Source: Terriglobia bacterium (GTDB taxonomy: Bacteria; Acidobacteriota; Terriglobia; JAJPHL01; JAPKYU01). Taken from it: DNA of 64,000 bases. Below the pieces are notes generated by a model. It did not search any database and was not told the origin of the DNA. It saw only the letters and a program-made list of their open reading frames with translations. A program made the translations under genes and the position numbers. The number at the start of each line of letters is the position of its first letter. Position 1 is the stretch's first letter. The stretch is taken from positions 288,001 to 352,000 of the forward strand of contig CBDCVK010000010.1 in assembly GCA_965223005.1 (NCBI GenBank), in the 5' to 3' direction. Below are positions 57,806 through 64,000 of the stretch, one piece after another.

Positions 57806-59482
57806 ATGCCAGAGCAAACCACCGCAGAGGCGTTGTTGGCCTGCTTACAGGCCGCCCGCGTTCCGCGCGTGTACGGCTTGATTGGCACCTCGATCATGCC
57901 GTTGTACAAGGAGCTGGAGCGGGTCAGCGGCCAGATTCGCTACATCTCGGCACGCCATGAATTAGTCGCCGCGACCATGGCCGATGCGGAGGGGCGCCTG
58001 ACCCAACGTCCCGGAATTGTGCTGTTGCACGCCGGGGCGGGCGTGTTGAATGGCGCCTTAGGCCTGGCGATTGCTGCCAAGGATTGTTCGCCTCTGCTGG
58101 CCATTGTGGGGGGCGCGCGGCGCTCCATGGTCGGGATGGGCGGGGCTCTGGAAGTGGACCAGGCGAGCGCGTTGACACCGTATGTGAAGGCTTTCTTCCG
58201 CTTGGGGCAGCCCGCCGATGTTCCCGATACCTTTGTTCAGGCCTGGACGGCGGCGGCCACTGCGCCTGCCGGCCCGGTGGTGCTGGAGGTCCCCGAGGAC
58301 CTGTGGGATCAGGCCGGGCGGGTGCCACTCGAAAACTTGCCAAAGGAGATGGAAGTTCCCCGCCTTCCCGCACCTGGCGATCTGGCCGGCGTGGTCGACC
58401 AGTTGCGCCAGTCCCAGCGCCCGCTGCTGCTGGCCGGAGGGGGCGTTCAGCACGCGGCCCCACTGGTTCTGAAGCTGGTGGAGTCGGCGCGCCTGCCGCT
58501 GATCACCACCGGCAACGGCCGAGGAGTGATTCCCGAGGATCACCACCTCTGCTTTGGACGAGCCGGATATGCGGGCAGCAGCGCCGCCGACTACGCGCTG
58601 ACCCAGGCCGATTGTCTGCTGTGTGTGGGCTGCGGGCTTTCCGACGTGCTCACTTACTTCTACGCTCGCCTGCCGGCGGGGCGTGTCGTCATGATTAATG
58701 CGGATGGCGCTTATCTGCAGCGTCTGGCGGAACGCTTCCCGCAGGCAACGATGCTGGAGGCGGACGCGGGCGCGGCCATCGAACAGTTGCTGGCTGCCGG
58801 GCTGCGAGGGCTTTGCGACGATGCCTGGTGGGGGCGGTTGGAAACGGCTCGCACCGAATGGCAGACCATCCTGCAGCGCTGCGCCTTCCCCGCCGAGCCA
58901 ATGCCGGCCACCTACGCCCTATCGCGCCTGGCGCCCCTGCTGCCGCGCAACACCATCGTGATCTGCGGCACCGGCTTGCACCAGATACCGGTCAACGCCA
59001 CGCTTCCCTGTTACGGTCCTCGCCAGTACCTCTCGGCGTGCAACTTCGGGGCCATGGGATTTGCCTTTGGCGCGGCCATAGCAACCCGCCTGGTTTCCCC
59101 CGAGCGACGCGTCGTGTGTGCCGTGGGCGATGGCGATTTCATGATGACCTCAGGTGACCTGGAGACCGCGGCGCGCGAAGACGCCATGCCCCTGACCGTG
59201 GTCCTGAACGATGGTGGCTACGGCACCCTGCGCTTGAACAGCAGCCTGCGCGGGTTCCGCTACGGCGCAGACCACGGCAATCCTGACTTCGTGGCGCTGG
59301 CGGCTGCCTACGGCCTCCGCGGCGCCCGCGCCAGCCATCCCGGCCAAGTGGACACCCTGTTCAACCGGGCCCTGGAGCCCGGCGGCCCGCAACTGCTGGA
59401 ACTTGTGATTAGCCCCAAGGAACAGCCGCCGGCTAACTGGGCTGCCATCTTCGCCATGCTGGGAGCCAGTCCGCAACGGTGA
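57806..59482 (+). CDS. Thiamine pyrophosphate-binding protein (acetolactate synthase-like family), substrate unknown
   Basis: ARHE...MADA, GPVVLEVPED, GAMGF, GDGDFMM...VVLNDGGYG, NPDFVALA. Confidence 0.9.
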   Translation: MPEQTTAEALLACLQAARVPRVYGLIGTSIMPLYKELERVSGQIRYISARHELVAATMADAEGRLTQRPGIVLLHAGAGVLNGALGLAIAAKDCSPLLAIVGGARRSMVGMGGALEVDQASALTPYVKAFFRLGQPADVPDTFVQAWTAAATAPAGPVVLEVPEDLWDQAGRVPLENLPKEMEVPRLPAPGDLAGVVDQLRQSQRPLLLAGGGVQHAAPLVLKLVESARLPLITTGNGRGVIPEDHHLCFGRAGYAGSSAADYALTQADCLLCVGCGLSDVLTYFYARLPAGRVVMINADGAYLQRLAERFPQATMLEADAGAAIEQLLAAGLRGLCDDAWWGRLETARTEWQTILQRCAFPAEPMPATYALSRLAPLLPRNTIVICGTGLHQIPVNATLPCYGPRQYLSACNFGAMGFAFGAAIATRLVSPERRVVCAVGDGDFMMTSGDLETAAREDAMPLTVVLNDGGYGTLRLNSSLRGFRYGADHGNPDFVALAAAYGLRGARASHPGQVDTLFNRALEPGGPQLLELVISPKEQPPANWAAIFAMLGASPQR

Positions 59483-59546
59483 GCTGACAAGTGAACTGCC
59501 TGGCCCTGTTCCCGAACGTGGCAACCGCGCCGCGAACAAAACACAA

Positions 59547-60317
59547 TCATTCGCGGCAGATGCCGCGCCGGGAAGCGCGGACGAAGGCCGCTAGGTGGCG
59601 GGCCTCCTCGCCCGGGACTTCCTCCTCGATTCGCTTCAGCGCATCGGCAAGCGGCAACTGGGAGCGGTACAGCAACCGGTAGGCGTCTTTCAGCCGCCCG
59701 ATGGATTCCTTGGACAAGCCGTTGCGCCGCAGTCCCACCAGGTTCAGCCCGCGCGCCACGATGTGAAACTCCGCGACCAGGATAAACGGCGGCACGTCCA
59801 GGGTGACGCGCGTGTTGCCGCTGATCATGGACATCCGCCCGATGCGGGAGTACTGGTGCACCGCTACCGCGCCCGAGATGAAGCAGTGGTCCTCAATTTC
59901 GGTGTAGCCGGCGATCAACGCGCAGGAGCAGATGGTGTTGTGGTCGCCCACCGTGCAGTTGTGGGCGATGTGCACGCTGGTCATGACGTAGTTGTCGTTG
60001 CCGATACGGGTGACGGAGCCCGCTTCGGTGCCGCGCGAGATCGTGAGATATTCCCGAAGGATGTTGCGGTCGCCGATGCGCAGGTAGCTGGGCTGGCTGG
60101 CGTCGAATTTCTTATCCAGCGGGTCGGTGCCCAGTTGTGCCCCGGAGTAGAGGTGATTGTCCTTGCCCAGCGTGGTATAGCGTTTAACGATGGCGAAGGG
60201 GTCCAGGCGCGTCCCACGGCCAATTTCCACCTCATCCTCGACGATGCAGTAGTCCCCGATGCTGGCCTCAGGATGTACCCGCGCTCCAGGGTGCACAATA
60301 GCAGTGGCGGCAATCAT
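59547..60317 (-). CDS. lpxA: Acyl-ACP--UDP-N-acetylglucosamine O-acyltransferase
   Basis: Hexapeptide repeats; LREYLTISRGT, HIAHNC, VHQYSRIG, DVPPF, GLNLVGLRRNG, RGI. Confidence 0.9.
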   Translation of the reverse strand: MIAATAIVHPGARVHPEASIGDYCIVEDEVEIGRGTRLDPFAIVKRYTTLGKDNHLYSGAQLGTDPLDKKFDASQPSYLRIGDRNILREYLTISRGTEAGSVTRIGNDNYVMTSVHIAHNCTVGDHNTICSCALIAGYTEIEDHCFISGAVAVHQYSRIGRMSMISGNTRVTLDVPPFILVAEFHIVARGLNLVGLRRNGLSKESIGRLKDAYRLLYRSQLPLADALKRIEEEVPGEEARHLAAFVRASRRGICRE

Positions 60318-60361
60318 CAGCGGTAGTAATCTTACCGGAGTGGCGTAGCGACGCCAAACTA

Positions 60362-60395
60362 GTAGTGTCCTAATTTGATAAATCTAGGACACTAC
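60362..60395. repeat. Perfect 11-bp inverted repeat between divergent lpxA and lpxD
   Basis: GTAGTGTCCTA-N12-TAGGACACTAC. Confidence 0.8.
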
Positions 60396-60418
60396 CGAGA
60401 AATTGGCAGGGGGAGAGG

Positions 60419-61423
60419 ATGGGTGCGCAACCAGGCAAACCGAGCGGTGAATCTGTGGAAGCGCTGGCCGCGGTGGCTGGCGGCACGGCCGAAGGGGAGA
60501 CCGGGCGGTTGATTCAAGCAGTGGCGCCGCTGGAGAGCGCCACCGAGCAGGACGTGGTCTTCGCCGACTCAGAGCGAGCGCTGAAGCAAGCGCGCGAGAG
60601 TCGGGCGGGATGCATCGTTGTAGGAGAGGGCGCCGAGGCAGGCGGGCGCACAGTGATTCGCGCACGCAATCCCAAGCTGGCGTTTGCCCGCATCGTGGAG
60701 CGGTTCCACCCGCAAGCGCGACCAGCCGCTGGCATACACCCGACGGCGGTGGTGGACCCCGGTGCCCGTCTGGGCGAGGGGGTGCATGTCGGTGCCTACG
60801 CGGTCGTCGGCGCCTGGGTGGAGGTCGGCCCGGAGACGGTCATCGGCGACGCCTGTGTCCTGGGCGAGGGCGTGCGCCTGGGCCCAGGCTGTTTTCTCTA
60901 TCCGCGCGTCACCATCTACCCGGGCACCACCGTTGGGGCTCGCGTCATCCTGCACAGCGGGGTGGTGCTGGGCAGCGATGGCTTCGGGTATGTCTTCGAC
61001 GGCCAGCGTTACGAGAAGTTTCCGCAGGTGGGCACGCTGGAGGTGGGCGATGACGTGGAAGTGGGGGCCAACACAACGATTGACCGGGGCACGCTGGAGG
61101 CAAACCTCATCGGGCGCGGCACCAAGATTGACAACCTGGTGCAGGTTGCGCACAACGTCACCATCGGCGAGCACTGCGCGATTGCCTCGCAGACTGGCAT
61201 TTCCGGCAGCGTGGTGATCGAACCCTATGTGGTGATTGGCGGCCAGGTGGGCATCGGCGACCACGTGCGCATCGAGCGCGGAGCCGTGCTGGGGGGAGGG
61301 TGCGGCGTGCTTCCGCACAAGACCATCCGCCGCGGCCAAACGGTCTGGGGAACCCCGGCGCGGCCCATTAAGGAACACCTGGAGCAACTCGCCACTCTTG
61401 CCCGCCTGACCAAGCGCGGCTAG
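60419..61423 (+). CDS. lpxD: UDP-3-O-acylglucosamine N-acyltransferase
   Basis: NPKLAFA, IHPTAVV, GSDGFGY, PQVG, GANTTIDRG, TKIDNLVQVAHN, GTPARP. Confidence 0.95.
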   Translation: MGAQPGKPSGESVEALAAVAGGTAEGETGRLIQAVAPLESATEQDVVFADSERALKQARESRAGCIVVGEGAEAGGRTVIRARNPKLAFARIVERFHPQARPAAGIHPTAVVDPGARLGEGVHVGAYAVVGAWVEVGPETVIGDACVLGEGVRLGPGCFLYPRVTIYPGTTVGARVILHSGVVLGSDGFGYVFDGQRYEKFPQVGTLEVGDDVEVGANTTIDRGTLEANLIGRGTKIDNLVQVAHNVTIGEHCAIASQTGISGSVVIEPYVVIGGQVGIGDHVRIERGAVLGGGCGVLPHKTIRRGQTVWGTPARPIKEHLEQLATLARLTKRG

Positions 61424-61466
61424 TCGTTGCAAGTTGGCGCACGCGAAACGGTGGAGGACACGCGCT

Positions 61467-63179
61467 TCACTTGGCCAACTCCAGTTCCAGCCTCCCCTGG
61501 ATGTGCGCGCGGCGAGCTTCCCAGAGAATGACGCCGGTCATGATCAACAGCACCAGCGCGCCAATCGCGTTGGCGGCCGTGACGCCGGCAGCCAGCAACC
61601 CCTGGTCCAGCACGGTGCCGCTGAAATTGGCAAACTGGGTGACCAGCGCCCACAGCGAAATCGTCATCATGAAGAGCATAGGCAGCAGAGTGAACCAGTA
61701 GGGGCGTCCGGTACGCATCAACCAGCGGGTAACGGCCAGCAAGGTGAGGGCAGCCAGCAACTGGTTGGAGGTGCCAAACAGCGTCCAGAATTTCAGGTAG
61801 GCGCCCTTCTCCGCCGTGGCGATGAAAATGTAGGCCGGAAGGAGCGTGATGGCGGTGGCCGCTATCATGCCCCGCTTCCCTTTCCAGTCGAACAGCTCCA
61901 GCACAATGTGGCGGCCCAGGCGGGTGGCCACGTCCAGCGTATCAAAGACAAAAGTAGAGAAGGCCATGGTCCCGAAGGTCACCGCAAACAAACGATGCTT
62001 CTCGCCGATGAGGACTGTCAGGAAGGAGCCCAGGCCGTTTCCATAAATGGTTCCCGGCGCCAGGCCGACGGTGTCCTTCGGCAGCACGATCATGATGGTG
62101 GCCAGGGCAATCAGTGCCACAAATCCTTCCAGCAGCATCGCCCCGTAGCCGATGGGCCGGCTGTCGGGCTCACAAGCGATCTGTTTAGAAGTCGTGCCGG
62201 AACAGACCAGGCCGTGGAAGCCGGAACAGGCGCCGCAAGCAATGGTGACAAACAGGAAGGGGAACAGCGGGATCGCCGAGCCGTCTTTGGCTGTGGCGCT
62301 CCAGGTTTTGAACGAGTCCTGGACAACCTCAAAGTTGCCGAAGAACACCCCAAACACTCCCACGGCTAGCGCAGTGTAAAGGACGAAGCCACCCAGGTAC
62401 CCCCGGGGTTGCAGCAGCGCCCACACCGGCACGAGCGAGGCCACAAAGCAATAGGCCAGAATCAACAGCCCCCACATCTTGACCGGGTTTTGGGAAGCAA
62501 AGACGAACAAGGTGGAAACCTTGGTGCTCAGCCATACCAGCACGAATGTGCCCGGCACAAAAGTGACCGTCAGCAGCCACAGCGGCGGGTTCCAAAACCT
62601 CCGGATCAAGCCCATCACCACGGCCAGCAGCAGATACAGCGTGCTAGCCAGAGCCACGGCTCCGCCAGGGTTGAAGGTGACGTTTTGGAGTGGAAACTCC
62701 TGGGTGTCGCCGACGAAGGTGCTGGCGGTGATGTCGGCAAAGGCCACGATGACGTAGATCAGGGCGATCCAGATGAAGCTCAGCATGGCCCACCAGGCGC
62801 GGCGGCTTACGTTCTCCCGCATGATCTCGGCGATCGAGCGCGCCCCGTGACGCAACGAGGCGATGAGGCTGGAGAAATCGTGCACCGCACCGATGAAGAT
62901 CACCCCCAGGACAATCCACAAAATCGCGGGCAGCCAGCCAAAATAGATGCAGGCAATGATGGGGCCGGCGATGGGCCCGGCAGCGGCAATGGCAGAGAAA
63001 TGCTGCCCCAGCAGATAGAAGCGGGGGGTGGGCACGAAATCCACGCCATCGTTGACGGTGGCGGCGGGAGTGGGCCGGTTCGGGTCCAGGGCCACCAGCC
63101 GGGCCACGAATCTTCCGTAGAGGCTGTAGCCAGCGATGAGCAGCAACATCACGATCACTGCGAGCAGCGGCAAGCTCAT
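61467..63179 (-). CDS. cstA: Carbon starvation protein A family peptide/pyruvate transporter
   Basis: TPA...DGVDFVPT, GQHFSAIAAAGPIAGP, GAVHD, LLQPRGYL, FPFLFVTIACGACSGFH, GYGAMLLEG, WTLFGTSNQLLA. Confidence 0.93.
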   Translation of the reverse strand: MSLPLLAVIVMLLLIAGYSLYGRFVARLVALDPNRPTPAATVNDGVDFVPTPRFYLLGQHFSAIAAAGPIAGPIIACIYFGWLPAILWIVLGVIFIGAVHDFSSLIASLRHGARSIAEIMRENVSRRAWWAMLSFIWIALIYVIVAFADITASTFVGDTQEFPLQNVTFNPGGAVALASTLYLLLAVVMGLIRRFWNPPLWLLTVTFVPGTFVLVWLSTKVSTLFVFASQNPVKMWGLLILAYCFVASLVPVWALLQPRGYLGGFVLYTALAVGVFGVFFGNFEVVQDSFKTWSATAKDGSAIPLFPFLFVTIACGACSGFHGLVCSGTTSKQIACEPDSRPIGYGAMLLEGFVALIALATIMIVLPKDTVGLAPGTIYGNGLGSFLTVLIGEKHRLFAVTFGTMAFSTFVFDTLDVATRLGRHIVLELFDWKGKRGMIAATAITLLPAYIFIATAEKGAYLKFWTLFGTSNQLLAALTLLAVTRWLMRTGRPYWFTLLPMLFMMTISLWALVTQFANFSGTVLDQGLLAAGVTAANAIGALVLLIMTGVILWEARRAHIQGRLELELAK

Positions 63180-63373
63180 TCCTGCCCCCTTCCGTGACTG
63201 AGTAAGATTTTAAAACGCCCCTGGCTCCCACCGTATAGCGCGAAGTCTCGGCCTTGTCCAAAGGAAAAGCATGCGAGCCTGCCAGCTTTGTCGGTCTCCG
63301 AACAGGCCGCGGCGTGCCTTTACCTCCGTTCCCGTTTTGGCTATGCTGTGCGCCAGTTGGGGAGAACGCCGCC

Positions 63374-64000
63374 ATGAAAGCGCAGTTAATGTTTGCTTCT
63401 CTGTTTACCTTGGGCCTGCTAACCGGCTTTGTAGCCACTATTGTGCTGCTAGCCATGTACTGGGGCGGCATGATCAATGCGGTCGGCCTGATTGCGCTCA
63501 CCGTTCTGTTCAACGTCGCGGCCTGGCTGCTTTCGCCCTGGATCCAGGACCTGATCCTGCGGTGGTTCTACGGCGCCGAGGTGGTGGAGTGGTGGGACTT
63601 CCAGCAGCGCTGGCCCCGCCTAGCCAAGGACGTAGAGGCGTCCTGCGCCAAGCATCGAGTCCCCATCCCCAAGATGCGCATCATTGACGACGGGAATCCC
63701 ACCGCCTACTGTTTCGGGTCCGGCGCGTGGAATTCGCGCCTGGTGGCCACCCGCGGCCTGTTCCATTACCTGGATGAGGACGAGGTGACCGCGGTCTACT
63801 TCCACGAACTGGGCCACATCGTCAACCGCGACTTCATCGTCATGACCATCGCCGCCACGCTGCTGACGGTGCTGTACGAAATGTATGTGGTCTTCACCCG
63901 GATGAGGAGCCGGGGCAGCGGCCGCAATCCACTGCCCATGATTGGCCTGGTCTCCTACGTCTTCTACCTCATCGGCACCTACATGGTGCTGTATCTCTCC
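63374..64000 (+). CDS. htpX: HtpX-like M48 zinc metalloprotease; truncated by window edge
   Basis: Hand translation from ATG 63374: two TM helices, IPKMRIIDDGNPTAYCFG, RLVATRGL...EVTAVYFHELGHIVNRDF. Confidence 0.88.
   Translation, partial: MKAQLMFASLFTLGLLTGFVATIVLLAMYWGGMINAVGLIALTVLFNVAAWLLSPWIQDLILRWFYGAEVVEWWDFQQRWPRLAKDVEASCAKHRVPIPKMRIIDDGNPTAYCFGSGAWNSRLVATRGLFHYLDEDEVTAVYFHELGHIVNRDFIVMTIAATLLTVLYEMYVVFTRMRSRGSGRNPLPMIGLVSYVFYLIGTYMVLYLS

Noticed and set aside
1-64000. rRNA, tRNA, prophage structural genes, integrases, anti-phage defence systems
   Set aside because: No supporting motifs recognised; the JAB/E1/Ubl genes sit with a cysteine synthase and lack E2 or CD-NTase, so they look metabolic rather than CBASS/Bil-type

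Overview
GC-rich bacterial chromosomal segment, most likely Acidobacteriota (inferred from an Acidobacteria-type VWA protein, a 'Soli_cterm'-like Ig domain and a His-kinase N-terminus typical of the phylum). It is mostly housekeeping and metabolic genes: pruA (partial), tilS-hpt-ftsH, pckA, nuoB, uvrC, thrC, alaX, lpxA/lpxD, cstA and htpX (partial). Accessory modules are interspersed: (i) a cysteine synthase-JAB peptidase-(ubiquitin-like::E1::rhodanese) sulfur-relay operon; (ii) a second ubiquitin-like gene beside a BNR beta-propeller, hit by an IS1182-like fragment; (iii) a FecA-like TonB receptor with a clear sigma70 promoter and three 15-bp operator-like boxes; (iv) a secreted S55 peptidase/beta-propeller pair; (v) a dense c-di-GMP region with REC-HD-GYP, degenerate-GGDEF::His kinase, REC-PilZ-coiled coil-GGDEF, a catalytically empty REC-PilZ-coiled coil paralog and a distant solo PilZ. 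The c-di-GMP circuit is my best candidate for an undescribed system. The sequence also shows four isolated frameshifts, one tandem duplication and two mosaic stretches that look like assembly or consensus artefacts over structural variants, plus several short gene remnants. I found no rRNA, tRNA or CRISPR array. All assignments come from motif recognition by eye; no searches were run.
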